64,000 nucleotides of DNA from Basidiobolus meristosporus CBS 931.73. Lineage: Eukaryota; Fungi; Basidiobolomycota. The position numbers and the translations under genes were made by a program. The stretch covers positions 1 to 64,000 of the forward strand of contig MCFE01000028.1 in assembly GCA_002104905.1 (NCBI GenBank). Direction: 5' to 3'. This document shows, one piece after another, positions 23,999-36,172 of this stretch (positions are counted from its first letter, which is position 1; the number at the start of each line of letters is the position of its first letter). The notes beneath the pieces are model-generated. The model made no database searches and was not told where the DNA came from. It saw only the letters and a program-made list of their open reading frames with translations.

Positions 23999-26670
23999 AT
24001 GAGCAAGACTACTTTGATTCAACATTGTAAGAGAAGCAAAAAAAGACCATGTGGCAATTGTAACAAGCCTCTCAGCCATGAAGCACACAGACAGCATAGA
24101 AAGTATTGCAAGGATCATGGCAAGTGCTTTGCTGCACAAGCCATATTTGACCGCTCATCAGTTACTACTGTACCAACAATATCTTGCAGGCCACTGATAC
24201 TTGTATACTGGCACCTAGCCATGCTTGTCACCTTGCGCAAACCAAGTCAGCTGAGGTTGTGATGCATTTAGGCTCACCTCAGCCTTCTCAATATGGCATG
24301 TAGAGTCATAGCTATGAAAGAGAAGGCTCATAGATAGATTGTGAGCCTATCTCCCTTAACAACAGTACCCTGCATTAGCCCAGCCAAATTCCAATATGTA
24401 ATGAGACAATACCTATAGAAAAGAATCCCACAGATACTTTATGGAGCGAAGTGAGCCCAGTAATCCATTGGCTGATGAATGATGTGATGTTGTGGCTAGA
24501 GAAGCAGCATGTTTGCACAAGTATCATTAATGGGAGCTTTGAGGATTTACTATTACTTCTTGCTAAAGTCATTAAAAGTGCAACTTACAGTCTAAATGGT
24601 ACAAATGAACAACCATCATGCAGCTGGAAACATATGACCCAGAGACCATCCTGATACCAGCATGTGTTAACAGTGACATGGCTTTCACATCAAAAAAATG
24701 TCAACATTCAAAGTATCCAACTTGTCAGAATTCCACTACCATCCAAGGAAAGCATTGCTCACACTCCAGATATATACCAGTAATAAACCATATCAAGAAG
24801 CTTATGCAGTCCAACAACTTTTGTGAAGCTACAAAGTGCAGCACTTAGCATCAATAAAGTGCAAATATTTCCAATATATATTTGATGGCAAACATTACAA
24901 ACAGCAGGAAGCAAGGGTTACTCTGAAGGTATGTATGCCCATGCCTTGGCCTTGGCCTTGGCACTCAATGAGTTCTCATTAAACAAGTACTCTACCAGCA
25001 AATCCTGCCGGCTACTGATTCTCATCAACCTGATTCTTCTACCTATCCTACAGTATCAGAGCAGAAATATGATGGTAGTGTCACTGGTATCCAGGCCTAA
25101 ATCTCCATCCAATCTGGACAGCTACCTGTATCCATTGCTGGATGAGCTTTGTGTTCCTTTCAGCAGGATACCACTAAGTGGCCAGCATAACAAAGTCCAT
25201 ATTATTATCTGCATTGGAGTTACCCAAGTCATCAGTGAGATGGCCAGCCTTTCTGGGCACAATGGATGATACTGCTGTCAAATGTCAAAGATCCAGGGGA
25301 TTTACTCCATGACTCACTCATATTACTATTATCCAAACACCAACACTAGGTTTATCATCCTCCCACAGAGGGAACGTACAGAAGTCATCATGTAACTATA
25401 GCAAAGTTGGCAAGTCTTAAGCCATTGGATGAAACATGTAATTAAATGGAAACCAGAAATAATTAAGACAGAGGGTATTTTTTTAGACCATAAGCTTTCT
25501 GCTGCAAGTAATGCTCATGCTTTTCAACAATATCCCTATACTAATGACCAAAATATATATGGGGTGTTTCAAGCTGAATGAGCCCTTGTAGATACCAGAG
25601 AAATTTGATAGAATTGGCACAATATTACAAAGTATCCACTATCCAAAGTATATCTCACAGGCTCCAATCAATATTCATTCTCATATGCAACAATAAAAAT
25701 GCAAGGACTGGAAGTGCTGGATGTGCATATGCTGCAGTGGCCTTCTGAAGCCATTTCTACCAAGAGTACATTGGAAGCATTAGGAGTAATATCTTGAAAT
25801 TATAGGAATATTTATCTAGAAGAGTACCACCAATACCAACTTGACACATCTACAGCTTTTATGCAAGGAGTTTATCACAGAATTTAAGTGGCTTTACTAC
25901 AAGCATAAAGCTGAATGTGTGGATCTCTGCTGTTACTGCAACTATTCTCTAGTCCATCTTGCTTGATGTGTGGAAGATATTAGGGGTTGCTTCACCTTTT
26001 GGGAGTTTCCAATAATGCAGATGTGTGGGGAGACAGGAAGACAAGTCAAGTTGCAGGTACTACCATATCCAAGTCTCATCATGAATATTACCTTCAAGTC
26101 CATCATGGATGTGATGAATTGGCACATGAAGGATAGCCTGGAAGAGTTTGAAAATACTGAGGACTGATGTGCACATGAAGACACTAATGCCTATGGCAAT
26201 AAGAAGCCCAGCAGCCCCAATGTGTGGGTTCTCAGTTAGGTAATGCAAAGTTGGGTTGGGTGCAACAAGCAACTAATTTTTATTAGGAAAACTTTACCAA
26301 AGTATGCTAGGACTATCCTGGTCCCAAGCCCACTTCTACACCATTTGATACTGAATTCACATAAACAAGAGCTAGACTTCACCTATAAGAAGGACTAGAA
26401 TTCAGCAGGGAGAAGAAGCATTGAGGACAAATCCACAGAAGCTCTTTGCAGATACTAAGGAGGTATTCATGGCAAAAGTAGAGGCAACTGAGCATATGTT
26501 TGCAAGATGTATATGTTGCCAGCAGTACAAGGTATATGGCAACTTTGCAAGTATCAAGCTAAAAAGTTGTAAAGTTGAGGTGATAGAAGTATGTCAATTG
26601 TGCAGGTGTGCACATTTGTAGAGGTGAGTAGTAGGAGGCCATAGTATTTTTTGATTCAGACTATATGTAG
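23999..26670 (+). pseudogene. CACTA/EnSpm-type (Tnp2/Transposase_21-like) transposase, fragmented
   Basis: N-terminal C/H cluster; IPACVNSDMAFT..YPTCQ; ALALNEF (LALDGF in other copies, first catalytic D); RPKSPSNLDSYLYPLLDEL; ICIG....SGHNG.YCC..KIQG. Confidence 0.8.
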
Positions 26671-27452
26671 AATACCCAAGGTAGTAGTGGGTAAGCAAAT
26701 AAAGAGGGGCATTCAGCAGTGGAATGAATGAATGGCACCAGGGGAGGTAGACAAAGTAAATACCACTTGGTCAGGTGGTACAGTAGCATTATTGAGGACT
26801 ATCTGTAGGCTGCAGTATTGCCATTATAATGCCAGCAGAGGTTTGCAATGAGGCCATCAGAGCACTGTCAAGCTTCTTGCTATATTAGGCAACTAGATGC
26901 ATCAGATGGCTAGGTCTGCTCAAATAAATGAAGATTGCATTAAGACCACTGCAATGCCATGCAGTTCTTGTCAAAAGACCACTTAAGCACTGTCAAGTCT
27001 TCAATTTTATTTAGCAATAATATCAACAAAAAGCTGCCACAATCCCATCATAAGATTGTATGGAGGGTTATTTATTCCAAGCTGCCAGCATTATAACAGA
27101 CTCATTGCTGGAGCCTGATGGCTGATCCAGATTGGATCCACCTTCTGGACCAAATTATTTTCATTGGGAAACTGATAGCTGTGCCAATGAAGACAAGCTT
27201 TACTTGATGAGAACTCAGCCAAATCAAGAGAGCTTAGTGCCATCCAAAAGCCCTGATTTTACTTATCAGCATATGGTGACAGTCTGATACATATTAAGTT
27301 TGGAGCATGTCCAGATATCTCACATTCAGTGGAAGTTGTCAGTCCTGTCAAGCTACAAATGATGCAATGTGGCTTAGAAAGCATTTTCAGCATTTAAGCT
27401 TGTGTTAAAAAATACCTAATTTCTTATTGCACAATAACCAAGGATGTGTTCA

Positions 27453-30400
27453 CCCTATGAAAAGTAACCTGGTCCTGTGGGTGAATCTAGTCCAAATTAG
27501 CCATCTAGTTCTTGCCATGAGGCTGTCAAAGCAACTACAGATTGAAACAATTGACCCTCCTTAATGTCTTGTGATGGTGTTTTGCTGAATATACTGCTCA
27601 ATAGGCAAATGAGCATATCAGTAGTATAATGATCCTGGTGCAAGATTTCAATGGTATTTACATGACTCCATTGTGGCTGACACCTACTTGAGAAGACCTA
27701 ACCAGCTAGTATATCCAATTGCCATATAGGGAGAAAGTCTTGATGGTATTTTGGTGTCCTTGCTGTAAACATCTAGTGACATTCTTATGGCAGTATGGCA
27801 GCCAATAGCTAATGCTGCATAATGCTACTCTACCAGCTTGCCAAATGTTATTTCCTGCTGCTACCACCCCTTGAGCCATTCATATATACCATTGTAGAAT
27901 CACCCCAGTTTATTTGCTTACCTATTACTACTATGGGCAATCCACATAGCATTTGAATAAAGAAAACTATGGCCTCCTGCTAACAAACACTACATATGCA
28001 AACACCTGCTGCAACTGACACACTTCTATAATCTTGCCTTTACAGCTTTTTAGTGCAATGCTTGCCAAGCTGCCATACACCTTGTATTGCTGGCAACATA
28101 AACATCTTGCAAACTTATGTGTGGTTGCCACCACTTTTGCCAAGAGTACCTATTAAGTAGCCATAACATAATTTTTGGTGATGGCCAACATATTCTTTCT
28201 CCCTGCTGAGTTCTAGTACCCCTTTAGATATGCTTTAGTTCCTGTTTGTAAGAATTCTATGCTGAATGGCTTACAATCAGCTTGGACCCAACAGAAATGC
28301 AACATACTTTGGTAAAGTTGTTCTAATAAGAAATAGTTGTGTGTTGTGTCTAACTCACCTTGAGCTTTACTCAACCAATTACCCATGCATTGGGACTGCT
28401 TAGCTTCTTAATGCCAAAGACATTGATGGCTCCCAGTGCTCATCTCTCTGCAGTACTTTCCAACTCTTGCTGACTGTCCTCCATATGCCAGCAGATCATA
28501 TCCTTGATGGGTTTAAAGGTTATATTCTTGATGAGGTTGGGATATGGCAGTACTTGCAACTTGACTTGTCCTCCTATCTTCCCACAAGTCTACTTCATAA
28601 GAGATTTCCAACAAGTGAAGTATGACAATGGAAAGTGTTTCACTACTACAATATTTCAAATGCAATATTGCACTCATTACTTTATTTTGTCTTTTGCTAC
28701 TGTGGCCCATAAACAAAATATCAAGATTTTCCAGCATAGAAGGACAAATATACAAGGCCTTGACAAGTAATCCTCCCAAGAATGGTATGTGTATTCAGTA
28801 GCTAACCCATGTTTCAAATTAAAGCTCATTTGAGGCAGTATTTAAGGAGTTACATTCAATAGAGCTCAATAGCAATATATAATTGGCCATTACTGGTAGG
28901 ATAACCATAGTGACTTCAATTTCATGTAGCTTGTGAGCCAGCAAATCAAATGTTGTGAGACTTAGACAGGTGCTGCATCTATGGCCAATTTGTGCCACTG
29001 CAAATTTATAGCTGGGTATCATGTGTATTGCTGGTGCAATTACCCTTGATCCTATGAGTTCTTCACGTTAATGACTTCTCCAGCTGAAAAATAAAGAGGA
29101 GCCTCTCTTTCCAGAAGCTCTACACTACAATTACAGGTTTAAAGGTTTTAGGACCTCCCCTGCTTCACTTGCACTGCTGAGTATTTTGACTTTGATTAGT
29201 ACTTCATCAGTAAAGAGACTGCAAAGCTGACAGGAATCCAAACAAAGTTTTACAAGAAAACACCACAATTCTGTTGGAGAAGTCTCCTCTGAGGAGCCCC
29301 TTAGGTCTAAAAGCCTCTTTAGGCACCCCTTCAGTGTAAAGTCTACTTCAGAGACTACTGCAATGGCCACTTCACACTAAAGAAACTCTTGTAAACACCA
29401 CTTTGTGTCTTGTGACCCCTTTAGAGAACCATTACCACACCCTTTTGGGTTAAATGGGAGTTCAAATTTCCAAATAAGTATAAATTTACTCAGAAAGGAA
29501 AGTGACTTGCAAATACAGAGAAGTTACTACAGAAGTAAATAAGCCCAATAATTGACAGAAGGTCAGAACACTGCTGTAGAAGTGAGAAACACTGCCTATA
29601 GTATACTGTAAGCCCAAGATTGAGGATATCATGAGAGTTATATTTTATATTAGTATATCCAGCTCCCAATAAGCTATTTCAGCATTAGCATACCAGAAGT
29701 TCTTGTATATTGTTAATTAGTCTCTACATTGTGGAACAATCTACAAACTATTCATAATACAACACAACACAAGCAATGTCCAACTTTCTCCAAATACCAA
29801 GCAGGATGGAGCAGAGATTGGATGCATTAGCAGCAGAAATTTACATATTCATCTTTGTGCTTGTAGCATAGCTTCTCAAATCTTGTTGCAAACACCTTGC
29901 ATAAAAGCTGTAGATGCGTCAAGTGGTATTGATGCTCCACTTCTGGGCAAATGTCCCTAAAATGTAACATATGACTCCTAATGCCTCCAATGTACATTGG
30001 GTTAAGATTGCTTCAGATTGCCACTTGAGATAATATGTAGACAGCTCATCCAGTCTTTGCATTAGTACTGTTACATATGCATATTGATATTGATTGGAGC
30101 TTGTGAGAAGTACTTTGGGTAGTAGAAGCTCTGTAATATCTTGCCAATTCTTTCAAATTTCTCCAGTATCTCAAAGAGCTAATATAGCTCAAAATGCCAC
30201 AGGTACATCTTTTTCATAAGTATAGGGACATTGTTGAAAACCAAATGCATTGCTCCTAACAGAAAGCTTTTGCTGCAACAGATACCCTATATCTTAAGTA
30301 TCTCCAGTTTTTCATTTAACTACATATTCTGGCTAATGACGCATAGTTGCCAACTTTGCTGCAACTACATGCTGACTACTGTACATTCTCTCTGTGGGAA

Positions 30401-32173
30401 GATGATGTTCTTGGTGTTGGTGTTTGGATAATAACAATATGTGTGAGTAATGGAGTATATCCCATGGATCTCACACATTCAGGTGCAATACTGTATATTG
30501 TGCCCAGAGGAGCTGGCTATTTTTCTGATGCTTGGAATATCTCTAATGCAGATTATAATAAGTGCTTTAATATGATGGCCAATAAGGAGTATCCTACTGG
30601 AAAGCATGCACAACTCATCCAGTAATGGATACCAGTAACTTTCCAGGTTGGACCATGATTCAGGCTCATATACTGGTGAGACCAACATTCAATTTCTGCT
30701 CATATACTACAAGATAGGTGGGGTATTAATATCAATGAGAACCAGTGGCCTGTATGATATACTGGTAGATTATCTGTTCAATGAGAGTTCACCAAGTGCC
30801 ATGGCATAGGCATGGCCATACTTAGCTGCAAGGTAGCCCTTGCTTCTTAGTTGTTTGAAATGTTTGCAATACAATATACTGGAATTATTCACATTAGATT
30901 GACACTGAGTGTGGTACTCTATAGCCTCACAATATTTTTTGGACTGCTTGAGCTTCTTTGGATCAGGTATTACTGGAATGTATTTAGAGTGTGAGCAATG
31001 TATTCCACCTATGGTGGTGGATTCCTGATAATTTGGACCCCTTGCAATGGTGGTATTTTCTGATGTGAAAGCCATGTAACTGTTAACACATGCTGGTATC
31101 AGGATGGTCTCTGTGTTATATGTTGCCAGCCACATGATGGTCTGTTCAATTGTACCATGAATACAGTAATTGCATTTTGGAATGATTTTTGCAAGAGGTA
31201 GAAGTGAATCCTCAAAGCCCTGCCATTAGTAATGTTTGTGGAAGCACCCCACTTCTCTGGCCACAACAGCACATCATATACGATGGATTACTGAGCTCAC
31301 TTGGCCCAGTAAAGTATCATTGGCATCTTTTCTATGGAGGTTGTATCATTGCATATTAGGGATTTTGCCAGGCTCATGCAAGGTACTGTTGTCAGGGGAT
31401 ATAGGCTCACATTCTATCAGTGAGCCTTCTTCTTTAGAGCTATCACTCTGCATGCCAAATTAAGAAGGCTGAAGTGAGCCTTGAGCTCTCACAAACACAC
31501 CTGACTCAGCTTGCACATGGTGACAAGTTCAGCAAGATGATGTTATAGAAGTATCAAGTGGCCAGCAAGATATTGTGGCACAGTGTTGACTGATCAATAG
31601 TCAAATATAATTTTTGTAGCCAAGTACAGTCCATGATCCTTATAATATTTCCTATGATATCTGAGTGCTCCATGGCCAAGAGGCTTGTTACAATAGCCAT
31701 ATGGGCTTTTTTGGCTTTACTTATGGTGTGGAATCAATGCAGTATTATTCATAGGGTAACAGTTTGACATGCAACAGTTCAACTCTATTATATAACTTTT
31801 TTGTCAATACTCTTGCAGATTTAAGACAATCTTGTAATTGAGCTATTGCACCTACATAAATGTATAATTAGATGATGACCCACCACAGCAAGTATTTTAA
31901 ATATAGTTGTGGCACCACATACACAACTGATGATTGAAAGGAAATAAACCAATATGCTTGCATGAAAAGTAAGAGAGTTGGCAGAGATTCAATCAAAAGC
32001 TACTTATCTATTGTTGTCATCAAAAATATGATCAAAATTTCTGTGAAATCTGGGTATAACTTTTTCTAGACAATCTTTATACAGTGTCCTAATGGCATGA
32101 ATACCTTTTAGTGACTGGATTCCAATCTTTGTTGCTTTTTGACTGGATTATCACAATCATTTTTCATAGAGGG
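27453..32173 (-). mobile_element. CMC element copy 2, reverse orientation, ORF2 deleted, with foreign sequence at ~28800-29800
   Basis: Starts CCCTATGAAAAGTAACCTGGTCC, ends TTTTCATAGAGGG; flanks TCA/TTA; minus-strand transposase fragments ESYWYPLLDEL and IPACVNSYMAFT. Confidence 0.72.
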
Positions 32174-32249
32174 TTAATAGCCATTTTCTTCTTCTATAAA
32201 TATGATATTCACATACACAAGACTCACAGCACACCCACAAGGGGTGTCA

Positions 32250-34330
32250 GAATTCAGCTTGGAGAAAGAACTAAATGGCCAAGTACCAAAAGGTTCTGTG
32301 CAGATGTTCAGGAGGTCATCATGACTTAAGTGACAGCAGCCAGGCATCAATTGGTAAGGTAAAATTAAACAGAAATAGATGTAGGGCCCTGCACTGCTGT
32401 TGTGATGCCAACAGAGGTCTGCAAAGCTGGTTTCAAGGCCCAGTACATGTTTCTTGCCATGTAAGACATTTGGATGTACTTTGTTGTTAGGCCCACTGAA
32501 ATAAGTGTAGACAACAGTAAGACGGTGAGGATGCCATGCAACTATAGCTATAAGATGGTTCCAATACCTTTGGGTTTCCACTCTTTTGACAGCTAAACCA
32601 GAAAAAGCAGTCACAATTCTCCCACAAGACTGTCAAGAGGGCCAAGTCATTTCAAGCTGCTGCCTTTATGACTGCTTCTATAAAGGATCCTTGTTGCTGA
32701 TCTGAATTGTATCCACCTGCAGGACCAACTTACACCTCATAGTGTTTTTGCTCACTGGAAATAATCATTTGGACTCCTCTGCACCACAACATGATATGCT
32801 ATTGAGATTATTGGTGGAGCATCAAGCTCACCATATTGCTGATGTATATAGGAATATTACAAGTGCAGTACCACCAGCAGAAGATCAGCAAGCAAACATC
32901 TTATTATCACCACCATCAGTATTTTCAAGTATTTTCTCTGCTGATACTAATGCATTGATGAGGCCATACAGTTCAGTGGCTGATAAAACTAATGCAATGA
33001 CCAAGAAAGGTTAGAAAAAGGCAGAGAGATAGGACAAGTAGACATCACACAAAGTGCAATTAGACTCCTTGATGTAGAGTGATTTTTCTCCACAACAGTT
33101 CAGGGCCTAGAGTAGCTCTATGATGCAAGCTAAAACAGAGTCATTTACTAATGTACAGTGAGCTGAACCATATGTTCTTTAAAGCACTTCAACAATATCA
33201 AAAGATAGCACCCACAGAAAAGCCTGCAACAGCATGTAAGAGAGATGTTGTCACTAGGTAGAGTAGTCTGGTCCTACAGGTGAATCCAATCTGCATCAGC
33301 TGTTTGGATCCTGCAACAAAGCTATCATGATGCAGCAGCTTAGAACTATTGACCTTGTTCATGGTGATGGCATATTGCTGATTTCATTGTCAAATAAAGC
33401 TAGAACTTGGAGGTAGGTACTTAAGCAGTCTCTTGGCAATAATGGCTTTGCATTTTGACAGTCTTGTTTTGGACTGAATTTTATTTAGCAGACATTACCA
33501 GCCAACACAATGGATTCCTTTATATGGCAACAAACTTGACTCCATTTGGATGGCCTCCTTGCAGGAATCTGTTGACAATGTAACAGCAGTAGGGCAGTTT
33601 ACAGCTAGTTGTGCATAAATCTACTGTACCAATCTAGCAAATGGTATACAATATCTACCACCCCTTGCATTATTGATATACTGTACCTTGGAATAGCCCC
33701 TCTTTATTTGCCCACCTAATACCTCTGTGGGTACTCTACATAGAGTTTGAGCTAAACAAGCTTTGACCTTGTGCTTACTAACCTCAGCATAGAAGCCCAT
33801 TTTTGGCTATTGAGATCTGCTATCTTAGCTGTACAGCTTTTCAGTGTGATACATGCAAAGCTGCCACATACCTTGTGTTACTAGTAGCATATACATCTTG
33901 CAAGCATGTTTTCTCATTGCCACCACTTTGCCATTACTTCCTCATGAGCATCTGCAAAAAATGTTGGCTACCAAGCCCATAAATATTCCTTCTCCCTGAC
34001 TAATTGTACTCCCCTTGATGTATATTCTCTGTGTCTTATTTGTGTTAGTTCCATAATGAATGGTACACATGCACCAGTTGAATAATAATCAAGGAAAATG
34101 TGTATGTTCATTCAAGCAGCACTAAATAAAAGTAGCAGCTATGAGCTTGGCAGTGATAAAAATCAGCAGCTTCCTCAGGGGCCTGTCACAACCAGGGCTA
34201 AGTGCTCAATGCAAGCACTAAGGAAACATTGTATGGCCAGAAGATTACCATTAAGGAATAAGCAGGCAGAAATTGCAACACCAGTGTGGCGTTTGTTGAG
34301 TGAAAGTACAGTGCAATATAAGTAGTGCTC
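32250..34330. mobile_element. Mosaic of CMC element fragments (right end at ~32744, ORF2 start, transposase C-terminal pieces)
   Basis: GTATCCACCTGCAGGACCAACTTACACCTCATAGTG matches the element end; ADVYRNITSAVPPAEDQQ..LLSPPSV is the ORF2 N-terminus. Confidence 0.6.
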
Positions 34331-36172
34331 TGCTGAAGTAGGATAGGTTTAAAACATGATCCACCATGTAATGCTTAATCAATAATATCCAACAAAAACC
34401 AGCATGCTTATTCTGAAATAGTTTACTTGGAGATTAATATTGTTAAAGTCCACACAACTTTCATTAATACACTCAATCTTAAGCTCAGAATATACTAGGC
34501 AGTGATTTACACTACCATAGCAGAGTCCAACCTTCCAACAACTTTAGGGCTTATTTACTTTTTAATAATGCTTCCATATTTCAAGATTCTAAACTTCCCC
34601 TTAATCTAAAAGAGTGCTTTAAAGGGGTGTCTACATGGGTATCTTTAGATTCAACCCTATGAATATTAATTTGGTCCCGCAGGTGGATCCAATCCAGATC
34701 AGCCTTCATAATACCAGCAGCTTAGAATTAGTGACCCTCTTAACAGCTTTATGACAGGATCACAATGGCATTTGGCTAATTTTACTGCTAAATAAAGTTA
34801 AAAAACTTGACAGGGTTTGATCAATGCTGTAGCAATAATTGCATGGCATTGTTGTAGTCTTAATGCACTCTATAATAAATTTAAATGGATATAACTGGCC
34901 AGTACTTCCAGTTGTCTTATGAGGAAGAAACTTAATGTTGTTTTGATTGCCTCATTGCAAGTCTTTATTGGCATTATCATGGCAGTATTGCAGCCTACAG
35001 CTAGTTCTGCAAAATACTACCATACCAATTTACCAATTGGCATTTCCTCTTTCTACCTCCCCTTGTACAATTTGTATGTTCCACTGAAAAATCACCGCTC
35101 TATATTTGCTTATCTACTAATTCCTTGGGTATTTCACATATAGCTCATGTCAAGAAATGCTACAGCTTCCTGCTTACTAACCACTACAAATGCGCACACC
35201 TGCCACAATTGACATACTTCTACCACCTCAACTTTACAGCTTTTTAGTGTAATACTAGCAAAGTTGCAATATACCCTGTATTGCTGGTAACATATACATC
35301 TTGCAAACATATGCTTGGTTGCTGCCACTTCTGCCATGAGTACCTCCAGAATAATTGTAAAGGCATTTTTGGTATTTAGCCAATATATTCCTTCTCCCTG
35401 GTAGACTATAGTCCCCCTCATAGGTGCACTCCGGCTCTTGTTTGTGTGAGTCCCATATTGAATGGTGTAGAAGTGTGCTTGAGACCAAGAGAAGCCCGGC
35501 ATACTTTGGTAGAGCTTTTTTAGTAAAAATTATGTGCTTGTTGCACCCAACCCAACCTTGTATTACTTAACTGATTACCCATGCATTGAGGCTGCTTAGC
35601 TTCTTATTTCCATAGGCATAGGTGTCTCCATGTGCACATCTATCCCCAGTATTTTTTAACTCTTCCTGGCTGTCCTCTATATACCAACTCATCATATCCA
35701 TCACAGACTTAAAGGTAATATTCTTGATGAGATTGGGATATGGTAGTACCTGCAATCTACTTGTCTTCCTATCTCCCAACACATCTGCTCCATAGGACAC
35801 TCCCAAAAGGTGAAGCAAAGCTTAATATTCTCACACACTGAGCAAGATGGAGTAACAAATAGATACAGTAGCAGCTAAGATCTACACGTTCAGCTTTATG
35901 TTTGTAGTATAGCTGCTCCAATCCCATTACAAACTCCTTGCACAACAGCTGTAGATGTGGTCAAGTTGGCATTGGTATCTGCTTCTGGATAAATATTCCT
36001 ACAATGTCCACATATGACTCCCAATGCTTCCAATGAGCTCTTGGTAAGAATAGCTTCAGAATGCCACTTGAATAAATACATATCCAGTTCATCTAGTCTG
36101 TGCATTTGTATTATTGCATATGTGTATGAATATTGATTGGGGCCTGTAAGAAATACTTGGGGTATCAAATAC

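Larger units (their letters stand above)
21707..27168 (+). mobile_element. Full-length (5462 bp) decayed CMC/CACTA-superfamily DNA transposon, copy 1, TSD AAA
   Basis: Termini CCCTATGAAAA...TTTTCATTGGG; AAA on both sides; removing the element restores the copia RT frame (TGT AAA CTG ATA GCT GTG CCA ATG). Confidence 0.88.
18440..27452 (+). mobile_element. Decayed Ty1/copia element, family B, split by a solo LTR and a CMC transposon
   Basis: LTR starts at 18440 and 18555; gag AKTAKNAWKALE..YLRQIFF; zinc knuckle; protease WYIDSGASQH; WYTRFGH; RT KARLMAKEYSQ and LYVDNL; RT resumes at 21664-21706 and 27169-27452 (MKSCK|LIAVPM..DFTYQHMV). Confidence 0.85.

Noticed and set aside
26421-26621. Separate small Cys-rich third ORF (MAKVEATEHMFARCICCQQY) in the CMC element
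   Set aside because: Another frame (..AYVCKMYMLPAVQGIWQL..) fits better as the transposase C-terminal domain. A third gene cannot be supported from decayed copies.
29131-29370. Gypsy protease-like fragment (YFISKETAKLTG)
   Set aside because: No DSG/DTG catalytic motif and no supporting neighbouring domains.
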